This document shows, piece after piece, positions 12,878-25,408 of a DNA stretch of 64,000 nucleotides. Every line of letters starts with the position of its first letter. Position 1 is the stretch's first letter. Made by a program: the position numbers and the translations under genes. The DNA comes from Octopus vulgaris (lineage: Eukaryota): positions 118,792,001 through 118,856,000 of the forward strand of contig OX597816.1 in assembly GCA_951406725.2 (NCBI GenBank), in the 5' to 3' direction. The notes under the pieces are model-generated. The model did no database searches, was not told the origin of the DNA, and saw only the letters and a list, made by a program, of their open reading frames with translations.

Positions 12878-15800
12878 TTAATTTTGTAGAACTTCTAAAT
12901 ATACAATGTTTTCAGTGTGCCCTTTAATTGGGATATAAATAAAGAGTTTTGGGACTTCCAACTTGCAAACATCCTATATATAATTGCCCATGAGAAAAGC
13001 AAGGAGAAGCAAGGTTAAGTCCAATAACCTTGAGATTTGTTTATTGACATAGCAAAACTGGGAACTGGAGTCATTTAAATTCAAAGGGAAAGTCAGATGG
13101 GATTAACAGGATCCATGGATTGAAGACATCCTCACCCTTATATTTCCCAGTGATAATTGCTGCCCCTAGGACATGGGGTTGCATCACTTTTACCACCAGA
13201 CTGGTGCCATTGCACAGGCGAGGTGGATCCTGATTCCTAGCAGCATGATTGGGGCCTCCTTTTTAAGTGTTAAGTTGTGTGGTGGCATCCAAGATGGCTG
13301 CAGAGAGTTCAGGAACTCAGTTGGAAAAACTACAGCTTGGTCCTGATCAATGGCAGTGTGAATGGATTTGAAAAATTCTTCCTGTCCTGGCAACAGCTGC
13401 AAGAGATCCCAATTGATTTTGTCAACAGCATCATTACGTAGAGCTAAGATGGCTTGCTCACATAGCCATTGAATGTTGCTAAAGTTTTGTGCAATGTTTG
13501 GAAATATGCATTTGGAGATCATTGACAGTTGGTACCATCTCACCACAGGGTAGCTTGTGTTGCTGCATTTGGTGGACATAAGGTAGTTGCCCATTCTCTA
13601 TGTTCAAAAGCTAGCATGAAAACAGCCCAGCAGCTAGATCACCAAATAACTGGGCTTTCATGTTAACTGTCAGATGCAGTTTGGTCACTTGCCCTCCACA
13701 GATAAAATAGCTTGAGACAGGCTTTTAGTCCATCTGCTTTTGTACCTTTTGGAACTACAGGAAAGGTTTGTCTGACATCTCCAGCCAAAACTACAGTGAC
13801 ACCACCCATGAAAATGTCCTTTCCTCTCAAATCTCTTAGGCTATAGTCAATAGCTTCAAGTGCTCCATAGTGAGACATGATGCAGTCATCCCAGACAATC
13901 AAGCACGTTTGCTGCAGGACCTTGGCCTTTGCTGATGTCTTGGAGTCTATGTCCTAACTAAATTCAAGGGAAACACAAAAGTAGAATGAGCTGTTTGACC
14001 ACTTGTCAAAAGAGTTGCTGCAATTTCAGAAGATGCTTACTGCCAATGCAATGCACCCATCTAGACAGACTTTTGCCAACAGAAGATTGATCAAAAACGT
14101 TTTGCCACTGCCCGCAGGAGCATCTAAAAAGATCAGGCTACCCTTTTGCTTTGAGTCATTCGAATGAAGCAATTGTAAGCTGTCCGTTGTCCAGTCAAAA
14201 GCCTTGGCTCATTCTCTGTCACATACACATTGAGATTGTTGATGTTATAGGATGCCTCCCTTAGAATTTCCTGGTCTGTTCTGTGCTGTTCTCTTATTGG
14301 ATCTGTCAAGCCATACTCCTGAAAAGGTTTTCCTCCAAGCTGAAGGTCCTTGTATTCAAGAAGGAGTAGAGCATCATTCTTGATGTTTTCAGTCAACTGG
14401 ATTTCAAGACTTTGATTTTGTTTCTGCAATCTGTGAACAATGTCTTCACAGAAGGATTCCTGGTGCTTCTTCCACAGCTGGTGAGGGCTAGCAATGTTGC
14501 AAACTTGAAGCATAATGGCGAAGAGATTTAACAACTGAAATGCAGAACATGAAACAACTGCCTCAGCTAGAGTTGCATTCCAGTGACTATCATCTTTGAG
14601 GAAGTCACAGAAATGGCAAGTGCCTGTCTGTAAGAGTCGGACATGGCCATTAACAGTCTTCAGATCTAGGAAACTCTTTGGACCATGGACTGTGTGTTAA
14701 AGGAGTCTCAAGAAATAACACTCAAAGTTGTTGGGATGCACAGTGTAGACCCTTCCCAGTGCTGAATCTCTTGATTCCTGAATGCCCTTCAATAGTCTGA
14801 CCAATGGCACATCTTTTCCATTGTTTAGTGGTTTGTTGCCATGTGTAATATTGAGGGATCTCTTGGTACTAGAGTGGAAGCTAATGGATCTGTGCTACAA
14901 AGCTCAAAAAAAGCAATCAATATTGTTGAACCTGGAATTTCAAGTTGCTGCTGGGAGACATTGTGGATTGTCAGGATTAAAATAGACTCACTGGCCATTC
15001 TCTAGATGTACAACTAGATGGATAACAGTTGGATGCCAGTCATGCAGCAGAAAGTTAAACTATCTCCAAGCTGCTTCATTGCTGCTAATGTAGTGCCCCA
15101 TCTGGTAGCATGTTACCTCATGAAGGCCAAAAACAGCCATGTCTGACCCCTTGTTTACACACTTGCACACTACTTCATGGATTTCACAGTTACAAAACTT
15201 AACATTGATGTGTGCTTTGAAGATCTTTGACAGAAGGGGACAATATGGCACAATCCACCTATTGTCAACTTCAATTTCTTGGATTGCACTTGCGTTGATA
15301 GTGTCTTTATGCCCACCTTGGCCTGGCTTACGATGCTTGTATCTTGGGTATCCATCATGACCAGTCTCTGACTCGGCAATGAATTGCTTAGGAAAGCCTT
15401 TACTGCACTTTCCATCAACCATGCAAGGAGAGTTCCTGTTGAGAGGTCTGCATGGACCATAAACCATCTGAATCTTGATGACTTCAAAGAATTTGGGATC
15501 TTTTGTTGTGTCAGGAAGCTCGGCACTAATGATGGAATCAGTTTGATTTGGATGAATTTTGTCTTTAAGCAAGATTAGCTTGTGGGCATGCAGCAGGCCT
15601 TGTTTCTGCCATTCAATTGTGTACATGTGGCAAATAGTTTTACCAAAGATGCGATGTTTTGTGGCTAGATTGACTTGTGAAATGTTAAAATGACATCCAT
15701 CTTGCCCTTGCCAGAAGATTTGTGGGTACTGCAGAGCATTGTATGACCAATAAGTTTCTGATATGCAGGTCAGCATGGAATCTTGGTGGTGAATGATGAT

Positions 15801-16747
15801 GTTTCGGTGATCATGTTGTTCACTGACCGGGAGAATGGCCACTTTTTTTGTAGCTGGTGCATTGAAACAACATTCATGCTCATCTACTGGTCTCTCATCT
15901 GACCTGATTACTATGTGAAAGTCACTATTTGGGTGTAGCTGTTCCATTGCTGTCTTAAAGCTGCTTACCAGATCATTGTGGGTGTGGAGCATTTCTTGCA
16001 AAGATATCACAATGCTCCTGTGATACTTTTACATCGTCTGTCACATTGCCACTGTGAATCTCCCATGTAGTAAATCTGAAGGAACTTGGCAGGCTCATTA
16101 AGCTGGGGCATGAGAGAGCCCATGAAGTGATAAACTTGTCCTTGCACTTTAAAAGTAGGCATAAATCCTGGCTCCACAACTTCCTTACTTGCTCCAAATG
16201 AGGTCAATTAGTAGGCCGAGTTGTTTTGTCAGATGTTGTCTAGAAATCCTCTTGAAATGAGCATATTATCTTCAAATAGATCTTTGAGAGATTGTGGAAG
16301 AGGTTGAAGCAAAGGTAGCCTCACTTTGCCATTGGTACAGCACACACTAGAAGACTCAGCTGGAAATATCGTTGCACCACAGAGGTCCCAAATCAATACT
16401 ACTGAATCAATGTTGTAGCTTTTTGAAAGATCATAAGAGAAAGCAGCATGTGGTTGAGAAAAACTGGAAGATTGTGGTGGTCTACAGCCAGCTGCATGTA
16501 TGGCCCTGTCTTGGGCAAGCCTCTCAGCATGATGATCTTGCTGAGCAGTTGCCATCCTTGCTTGGTTTTGTGCTAGCCTCTTAGCTAGATGCCCTGAGGA
16601 TTCCATTTGCTGAGCAGTTGCCATCCTTGTTTAGTTTTGCAACACCCTCTGACTTTGTTCTTCCTCAGACTCACTAAGGCATGCAGCTGCCTTGTGCTTT
16701 GCACCAGAAGTCTTCTGTGACAGCCCAGCATTTTTCTTGGGTGGCAT
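12878..16747 (-). pseudogene. Helitron Rep/Pif1-like helicase (RepHel) pseudogene
   Basis: CCTNGKVRLP; MTSFG...FKVQGQVYH; HUH region YTIEWQKQGLLHAH; NSPCMVDGKCSKGFPK; Walker A FLDAPAGSGKT near 14110; IVWDD; GDVRQTFPVV; terminal TENIVYLEVL*. Many stops and frameshifts; the catalytic YxxKY motif is degraded (VCKCVNKG). Confidence 0.93.
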
Positions 16748-17344
16748 TCTGTAATGAAATGGAAAATATGACGTTACAACTACTATTGGATGTACCGACC
16801 TTACTAAACCTTATTTAATTGTGCTACAGCTCCTCTCGTGTACATAAGTCGAGTTGTTCCAAGAATACCTGAAATCTACACTAATAAAATTCCTGGCCCT
16901 ATGTATGTTTGTGAGTGTGTGTGCATGTATGCATATGTCTCCCTCTTCTGATGAAACCAATGGAATATTTCTCTACCAGTAAGAGGCAAGTCAAATGTGG
17001 ATTAAAATGTGTAGATTTAGATGGAAAGATGGAGAGTGATGACTCGGCCTGGTGTGTGCAATGTTAGCTTGGCTGATGTAGGGTGCATGACATCGCTTTT
17101 AACCCTTTTTAATGTTACTGGTAGAGAAATATTCCATTGGTTTGGTCATGAGAGGGAGACATATGTACATGTACAACCTTCAGACCTTTATAGAGGGTGA
17201 GTAATAGGAGGGTTAAGGGAGATGCACAAGAGAGAGGGAGGTTGGAAGGGTAGGAGAGGTTTCTCAACTCCTCTCCCCATTTACTCGGTGGGATAATTGA
17301 GAAGGGTATAGGAGCCACCCCACCTGCTGGCTAGTATGTAATGC

Positions 17345-17680
17345 TAGTTATCAGCATACATTATTTTTTAATCTCTACCCAAGTATAATTACTCACATCT
17401 GATTCAAAATAGAAATATCCAGTGTTAATAAGTTGAGTTGCTCCAAGAATACCAAAAACAGGTAATGTAAGTTATCAGCATATAATATTTTTCAATCCAT
17501 ATCCAAGTATAAATGCTCACATCAGATTTAAATGTGAAATATCAAGTGTTAATATGGTGAGTTGTTCCAAAAATATCTGAAATATGTATTGGAAGTTTAT
17601 GAAGATATAATATTTTCTAATCCTTATCCAAGTAGAAATAGTCACATCAGATTTAAATATGAAATATCGAGTGTACTTTA
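17345..17680. repeat. ~122 bp tandem repeat (about 2.7 copies) inside the Helitron 5' region
   Basis: Unit agttatcagcata...ccaagtata...ctcacatcagatt...gaaatatc.agtgttaata...gagttgttccaa repeated; a partial copy occurs at about 16845. Confidence 0.75.
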
Positions 17681-19530
17681 GCTAATTTTATTAGGTCCAT
17701 TCACGAACAATTACTTGAATAACTCATGTCATGGGAATATTGAACTTTAAAATTTATAAAGTGTATTGTATAAATTGAAAGATCCTATATTGCTTAAAGG
17801 ACTGAATGAGTGAATGACTTATATTAATGTAATAAGAGTTTTCACTGGGCGTGCATCCGTGTGAAGACCTTTTGTTATTTAGAGACCTTACTCGAATAAT
17901 GAAAAAAACCTTCATGCCAAATTTGGTACAGACTGATCCAGCGGTTTGGTTGTGCATAGAGGAAACACATACACACAGTGAATTTAGAGACCTTACTGTT
18001 TCTTTTTCTTTTGAAAATTACAAAGTTGTGTGTAACATTGAATTTTAAGTTTTACGTTATAGTAATTCCAGTTCTTTGTGGAGGCCCCGTGCTATTGCAG
18101 GGTTGTAGGGGCTCAGCGCCGGCTCTGCTGTAAACGAATTTAGGGTTTAGGGTTAGTATTTAGTGAGTGTGGTGTTATTGTAAATATTTACCAAATTTTT
18201 ATTCAGTCACAATTATGTTTATCAACAAGCAACCTTTGTGTGAAAGTGTTTCTGTGAATGAGCGCATGACAGGACCGTACACAGAAATTTTGTTTCAGAA
18301 AAATACTTCTTACATACCTTGTCAATTCATTGGATTAATCCCAACAAAATACTACAAGTTTAGTCACTGGCTCACAACCTATGTTTGTGCTCTTCATTCC
18401 AAAATAATAAAAAACTTTAACATACTTTCAAAATGGGACTTTATCCATGTGTATTCGTGTGTGCAGGGGGAGGGGTTAGTGTGCAAGAAAAACATTTACA
18501 GAAATGTACTCCTAAAAACTCTATGATAACAAAGAGTGTATCAAATGAAATTAAAATCCTGATTCAGTGACCGATCGATCAAGTTAGTAACGTTTTTGGT
18601 AACAACATCTCTCTTCTAATTAAATATTGAAAAAGAGATAATGCCACCCTCTCTTTTGGAAGAGAAATTAATTTTGGCAGTAAGGACTAAACCACTTGTT
18701 TCATTATCACTATTAAAAAGCTTTTATCTTTACTTTTGAAAAAATAAGGTGGAGTTGTAGATGTATGAGGGAAAATTATTTAATATCATGTTTGCTTCTA
18801 TCAGAATCATCTACCTTTAAAGTAAAAAAGCAAAACCGACATGTACGACAAGCATGTAAAACATATTTCTGCTTACTCTCTCTGTTCATTCACATAAGCT
18901 GTAGAAATTATTGTGCACGCATACACAGAAATTCTTCAGACATTTAGCTGTTATTTTTAGTATTTCATTCTCAGGTTTAGACAAGGGGATGGGATAGCAA
19001 CGGGTGTGTGGATCAATTTTGGAGTTCTTCACAGAAAATTTGAAATTAAAAATTCTTTTTTTCCCCATGTTCTTAACCTTTGTATTTTTCCATGTAGATT
19101 GAAAAAAAATTTGAAAAAAGTTAAAAATTAAAAATTTGGGGGAGGGGGGATTTAAAAATTTGAAAACTTTTTTTTTGCATATTTGGAATCTCTGCCATCA
19201 AAAACAGGAATCTGCTGAAAAAAAAGAATGGAATAGTCGTGGTGGGACATTACAGCCCCCTATATGGACAAGCGCCAAAATCTGATCCTAGAGCCTTCCC
19301 CGAGTAATGAAAAACCTTCATGCCAAATTTGGTACAGATTGATCCAGCGGTTTGGCTGTGCATAGAGGACACACGTACAGTGAATTTTTATATATATATG
19401 TATATATATATAAGGAGTAGCTGGGTGGTAACTCGGTATCTTCTACTATAACCTTAAGCTGACCAAAGCCCTGTGAGTGGATCTGGTAGACGGAAACTGA
19501 AAGCCCATCATATATATGTATATATATATG

Positions 19531-19602
<72 letters not shown>

Positions 19603-20349
19603 TCTGTCCTCCCTCCTTCGCTTGACAACCGATATTGGTGTGTTTATGTCTCCGTAACTTAGCAGTTTGGCAAAAGGGGCCAACTGATTCAGGCTCACAA
19701 AGTCCAGCGATTGATTTGTTTGACTAAAGGTAGTCCTCCAGGATGGCCACAGTCAAATGAGTGAAAGAAGTAAAAGAATATATATATATACACACGATGT
19801 ACCCCTGCATCAACCTTATTGATGCCCACTCTGAAACCCTGACAGATGACGATTTGTTGGAGTTAACTAAGTCTGTCAGCAAAGAGGTGGAGGAAGTGCC
19901 AGATCCAGAGCAAAAGGAGGATGAAGTAAATCTGGCAACCAAATGTCAGTCTGAGCTTTTAAGGACAGCAAAGGAATTGCAAAGGATGGCGGAAGCATAG
20001 GATCTCTATATGGTTCGGTCTCTCCAATTTAAATATGCCATCGATGCTGCCATGCAGACATATAAAACTCTCCTCACCATAATGAAGAAACGACAGCAAC
20101 TTCCCATCACAATGTTCCTTAAGCTCATCAAGAAAGCCTTGCATACGACAATCCCTAAAACACCTGAAGGAGAAGTATCACCTGAAGAGCTTTAAGTCTT
20201 CTTTGTTGCGCAGTCATTACCTTCATTCTTTACATCATTGTCTTAAATCAATATCATTCATTATTTGTGAGTAACCGTACATTTTACTTCAATTTTTATT
20301 AAATTATTATTAAATATTGTGTATGTGTATATGTATGTGTGTGTGTGTA

Positions 20350-20395
<46 letters not shown>

Positions 20396-20468
20396 ATGGA
20401 TAATAAAACAAATGGTTTACACCTGGTAGCTTATTGGTAAAGCAGTCACTTTCAGAATGATCTTTAGG

Positions 20469-20849
20469 TATATAGCAAATAAAAGACAGAAAATGGAACA
20501 TACGAGAATTTATTATTAATCATGACAATTGTTTCAACACACCTAGCATCGATTCCTCTTGAGTGGGACGCTCAACAACTGGTTCAGGATCATCTAGTGG
20601 TGCAGATGTATCTCGTCGGGTGACAAATAAATACAACTTGTTAAAATGACTGTTTTGCAATGTAACTTTCTGTTTTGTAGACAGAAAAGCAGCCAGACAG
20701 AGGAAATATCTTCATTTATATAGAAGATCAAAAATAAAAACCAGTTGTTGAGTGTCCCACCCAAGAGGAATTGATGCTAGATGTGTCGAAACAATTGTGA
20801 TTAATAATAAATTCTAGTATATTCCATCTTGTGTCTTTCATTTGCTATA
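20469..20849. mobile_element. Foldback element with ~110 bp inverted arms, probably derived from a Penelope-like element
   Basis: 20470-20583 is the reverse complement of 20741-20848 (tatagcaaat...caacaactgg / ccagttgttg...atttgctata); sits next to TA repeats; carries a hammerhead motif. Confidence 0.7.
20520..20624 (-). ncRNA. Type I hammerhead ribozyme-like motif (degenerate core)
   Basis: UCAC-CCGACGA-GAUACAUCU...AGGUGUGUU-GAAAC-AAUU-GUC-AUGA: 9-bp helix II, palindromic minimal helix III, GUC triplet; U4 replaced by C. Confidence 0.6.
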
Positions 20850-20993
20850 TATATATATCATATTTTATGTTTATATTTTGACATTTATAGGCATTTTTAT
20901 GGACCCCCTCCAATATTTGCAATTTTTCACTATTCGCGGGTGCTCTAGGAATGTAACCCCCCCCCCCCAATGAATACCGGGGGAACTACTGTA

Positions 20994-21035
<42 letters not shown>

Positions 21036-21288
21036 TTTGTCCTCCACCACTGCTTGATAGCTGGTGTCTTGGTATGTTTGTGTTCCTCTAATTTTGTATA
21101 AAGTATCAGACTTCTTAAAAAAAAAAATAAAAAAAAGAATGAGGTCAATCTGCTTGACTAAACCCTTCAAGGTAGTGCCCCAGCATGATCACAGTCCAAT
21201 GACTGAAACAAGAAAAAGAAAAAAAAAACCCAAAACAAACAAACAAAAAGCAAAACAAACAATATTAAGTAAATATATGTATATTTAC

Positions 21289-21395
21289 CAGTGATATCAA
21301 GCACTTCTGGTCTTTCGTATGTGTCATTGTAGAAAGTCTGTAGTAGTTTGGCACCATGACCTAATTTCTGGAAGGGGGGCAGTATGAGAACTTGG
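21289..21395 (-). CDS. HAT1: HAT1 coding exon (107 nt): (S)QVLILPPFQKLGHGAKLLQTFYNDTYERPEVLDIT
   Basis: Acceptor catttacag, donor gtaaat; GNAT motif A acetyl-CoA loop Q-x-x-G-x-G (QKLGHG). Confidence 0.96.
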
Positions 21396-21478
21396 CTGTA
21401 AATGAAACCATGCAGACAAAAGATTAGTTACTGATGACAAAGAATACAAGATAAATTATAAGATTGGTAATGACTGTG

Positions 21479-21511
<33 letters not shown>

Positions 21512-21603
21512 AAAGAAGTAGATAAGCAGGTTAAATAAAGATAATCATTTCCATTACTTTAATGGTGAGTGGCAAGTTAGTGAGGGATGGTATTGCACTA
21601 GAC

Positions 21604-21872
21604 CAATGATTCTCAAACTTCTTTGGGCTGCTGCCCCCTTGGCATCCTGACCACATTCCTGCCCCCAGCCCACAAATGCAGACCATTTTCAGTAGCAAAT
21701 TCAAAACAACAGTATTTCACAAATGAAACTTAACCCAATTATTTTGTTTGCTTTTACATCCATTGCTTTTACATCCATTGCCCCTTTCCGGCCACATCAT
21801 TAATGCCCCTCCCCATCTGAATCTTTCTACCACCCACCAGAGGGACAATGACACTCACTTTCAGAATCACTG
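21604..21872. mobile_element. hAT (Charlie-like) MITE
   Basis: TIRs caatgattctcaaa / tttcagaatcactg; near-matching 8-bp TSD cactagac / tgctagac. Confidence 0.7.
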
Positions 21873-22583
21873 TGCTAGACTAAAAGTTTTTAACTTTTTA
21901 GCATTTAATCCAGCCATACATATCTGGCCCAAATATTCTACCTGTTTTACGTTAAAACTGACCAGATCCAACTTCTCACACCTACCCCATAATTTCTGGT
22001 AAATGAATATTCTCAATTAAAATTAAATAATAGTAATATTGTCAAATAAGTTATGTTGTGATACACTCATGCCATATTTAAAAAAAAAAAGTCTGCATGC
22101 TTAATAAGTAAGTATATACTTTGATAAAGGGTTTGATAAATTGTCATGAGATTTCAAACTCTGAGAGAGAGAGTGTTTAGAGGTCAGAAGTCTAGAGTAT
22201 GAGGTGGGGGAAAAACCCTGGAAAGCAGAGGAAGAAAGCCAATACCTGGAATAAAGCAATAGGAGAAGTTGAGGGGTTCCAAGAAAAGAGGAAGGAAGTG
22301 GAGTGGCAGAAAGCAAGTAGCTGAAAAGGGGGACAAATAATAAGGTTGCCTAAAAACACTACTACATATTCTTACTTGGGAAAACCCATTAGTAGTATAC
22401 AGATTGTATACAAGCACATACAGCCTTACTAGAGCAGAACATATGCAGCATACATTCAAACATAATACCATTATTTACAAGCCTCCCTGCCCTACACACC
22501 GATAAGCATATTATTATTATGCAGACACAAATATATAGGAATATACACATGCATAACATACATACCTATATACACACACACAC

Positions 22584-22630
<47 letters not shown>

Positions 22631-22633
<3 letters not shown>

Positions 22634-23045
22634 CACAAGTGTGGTTATGTGGTAAGAAGCTTGCTTCCCAACCACATGGTTCTGGGTTCAGTCCCACTGC
22701 AGGGCACTTTGGGCAAGTGTCTTCTACTATAGCTTTGGACAGACCAAAGCCTTGAGAGTGGATCTGGCAGATGGAAACTGAAAGAAGCCCATCATATATA
22801 TATATATGACAGGCTTCTTTATATATGTATATATATCTGTGTGTATCTTTGTGTCTGTCTCCACCACCACCACTTGACAACTGGTGCTGGCGTGTTTACA
22901 CCCCCATAACTTAGTGGTTCAGCAAAAGAAGCTGATAGAATAAGTACCAGACTTTGAAAATATATATATATAAGTTCTGGGGACTAAAATTTCAAGGCAG
23001 CACCTCAGCATGGCTGCAGTCTAATGACTGAAACAAGTAAAAGAA
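22631..23045 (+). mobile_element. tRNA-derived SINE family A, complete with 3' portion
   Basis: gtggttatgtggtaagaagcttgcttcccaaccacatggttctgggttcagtccc (box A/B-like head), microsatellite, tail atgactgaaacaagtaaaagaata. Confidence 0.7.
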
Positions 23046-24022
23046 TAGAAGAGTGTATCATTGTCATCACCACAAAATATCCACTTTCTATGCTGGAATA
23101 GGCTGGATCATTTGACACGGTCCAGTAAGCCACAGTGCCTGTTGTTAAGCACCAAACCCAGCTTTGGCATGACTTCTATGGGTGGATGTCCTTCCTACCC
23201 CAACCACTTTACAGTGTATACTAGGTGCTTTTTAAAAAATTTTATGCTATTAGCACTAGTGAGGTTGCCAAGTAAATTGCAAAACAAGAAAAGATCAGGA
23301 ATAAGAGGGGAGAAGGGAAATGCTTCTAAATGAATAAACAGGACAGAGGACACTGTGTGAGATTAGAAAGGAGGTGGGGGGGGGGGGAGCAGAGCCATAA
23401 GAAGTTGAAGCATTCACACATTGGCACTGAAGAATAACAGACCCCCAAAGTTGAAAGTTTATTAATCCTTCAATGAAAGACAAGCAAGTACAAGCAATAA
23501 ACTAGGATCCAAGTGAATCAATTACATCCACCCCTTCCCATATGCCTCATACCTACATGATAAAAGGAAAAGCGTTTTGTAACAAAAAAAAAAAAAAAAA
23601 AATCAATATTTATCAGCTAATTTTTTTATTTGTTTCAGTCATTTGACTGCAACCATGCTGGAGCATTGCCTTGCTATTTATTCTAAATTAAAATAGATTT
23701 CCTCAACACCATCACCTATTTCTAGTAGGTTAAATATTTATAATCGGTAATTATATAACAAAACACACACATACACTTGCTATAAATTCAGATTATTGGA
23801 TGTTTCAAATTCCTTTTTTCTCATAACAAACGAGAGCAGGTTGAAAAAGCTAAGTATGCATGTGTGTGGTTTACTCAAAGTTAGGAACCGATACACAGAA
23901 ATTAAATCAGTGAATCACTCCTTACTCAGTGCCTGCTTGTTCTACCAGCCCCAGACATGTCAGTTTCTAATACAAGTGCAGAGACATTAGGGAGTGAAGT
24001 GAGCAAGAATGAGTGTCAAGAG

Positions 24023-24192
24023 CAGTGGGTCCCACCTGCGGTCCATGGACCCCTGGTGGTCCACGAACTAAATTCAAAATTTCACAAATATACATACACA
24101 TACACATAAGGATAAGCATATTAAAAGGGGCCAGTGGGAAAACTCATTTAAATAAAAAGGGTCCTTGGTAGCGAAAAGGTTGAGAACCACTG
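24023..24192. mobile_element. hAT MITE
   Basis: TIRs cagtgggtcccacc / ggttgagaaccactg; TSD gtcaagag / gtctagag. Confidence 0.7.
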
Positions 24193-25408
24193 GTCTAGAG
24201 TACCTTGATTGAGGTAATTGCTGTTTAGATCCTAGTTAGTCCTGAGTGAGCAAGCCTATGTTCAAAAATATTCCAGTTGTGATCATCTCCCCTTTAGCCC
24301 TTTGGCATTTAAACTGGTCATATCCAGTCAAAATATTCTACCTATTTTTAAGTCCAAACTTATCAGATCCAGCTTCTCACACCCATCCTACAGTGTCATT
24401 CTAAAAATAACATTCACATCACCCACAGCAATGTGAATAAATAAGCCATTGATGCAGTAATCTGAATGCCTAAGGGTTAGTTAGAGACTACATTATCAAA
24501 TCTGTCCTTTACTTTCTCCAAGGTAAGGTGTAATTTGGGGACTGCTAGTTTTAGCAGTCAAGCTACTATGTAGAAGCTTCCTCAGTGAAATGCAAAGTAT
24601 GATATCTAGATCTAAAAGAGGTTGTCTTGCAGTGGTAACATAAATAAGTCTGGTGCTTGCTAATGATTTACAGAACTGGGTCTTGATACTATCATCTAGG
24701 CACATGGTGCCAATATTAGCAATACTGGCCACAGCAGGCACCACATCCTACTGCCATAGTGACACAGTTTAACCCATGCACAAGTGTATTGTTTACTCAT
24801 GACTATATGTTAACTATGTCAGCATGTCATGACTAAATGGTGAGTTGAATATTGCAAATCTGGGGGCTCAGCAAGCTGTAAAAGCTTTATTCTGGTTGCT
24901 ATATATTTTTCCTACGGCGGTTTTCGGTTATTCTACCTTAAGCTTTCTCTTAGGTTATATTATTTATTTAGGCTTTTCTCTGGTAGTAAGGGAGAATATA
25001 ATGATTCAATGTCACTTATACTCAAGTGTTATCATTATATCTAAAACCCTAACTACAGTTATAACGTCATAGAGACATATACGCATGGAACGCTACATCA
25101 ACGACAATGTATGTTGAATATTTTAATCGTGTCCTTTAAACCACTATAAGAAACATAAAACAAAGATTACAGAAATGCATATTTATCTATGCTCAGTTGA
25201 AAAACAAACATGAAGAGAAACATATTCTTTTTACCTTATTTTTATTATATAAATATAACATTTTATATTTTTTTACAGTAAGAAAGATAACTGTCGTGGA
25301 GAAAAAAACGACTATAAATGCCTTAGCTAATTTCTTCTTTCTATCTAATACATTAACCAACAAATCAAAATAGATTTGTGGTTAACTTAGACATGGCATA
25401 AAATTTAC

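Larger units (their letters stand above)
12733..19416 (-). mobile_element. Helitron, near full length, inactivated
   Basis: 3' terminus ggCTAG|T at 12733. 5' terminus TCCTTATATATA...aaaccgctggatcaatctgtaccaaatttggcatg near 19416. Encloses the RepHel pseudogene. Confidence 0.8.
19795..20991 (+). mobile_element. Tigger/pogo-family transposon, 3' portion
   Basis: ORFs 19761..20000 and 20010..20195 (LIDAHSETLTDDDLLEL...KKRQQLPITMFL) resemble a Tigger transposase C-terminus; right TIR ccgggggaactactg|TA at 20991. Confidence 0.75.

Noticed and set aside
15060-16010. 316-aa ORF as a functional or domesticated HUH endonuclease
   Set aside because: Has an apparent internal deletion before the HUH motif, has lost the catalytic tyrosines and is surrounded by frameshifted fragments: a pseudogene piece.
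18138-18156. Telomere-like tttagggtttagggttag
   Set aside because: Only about 2.5 imperfect units inside a Helitron; too short to call an interstitial telomere.
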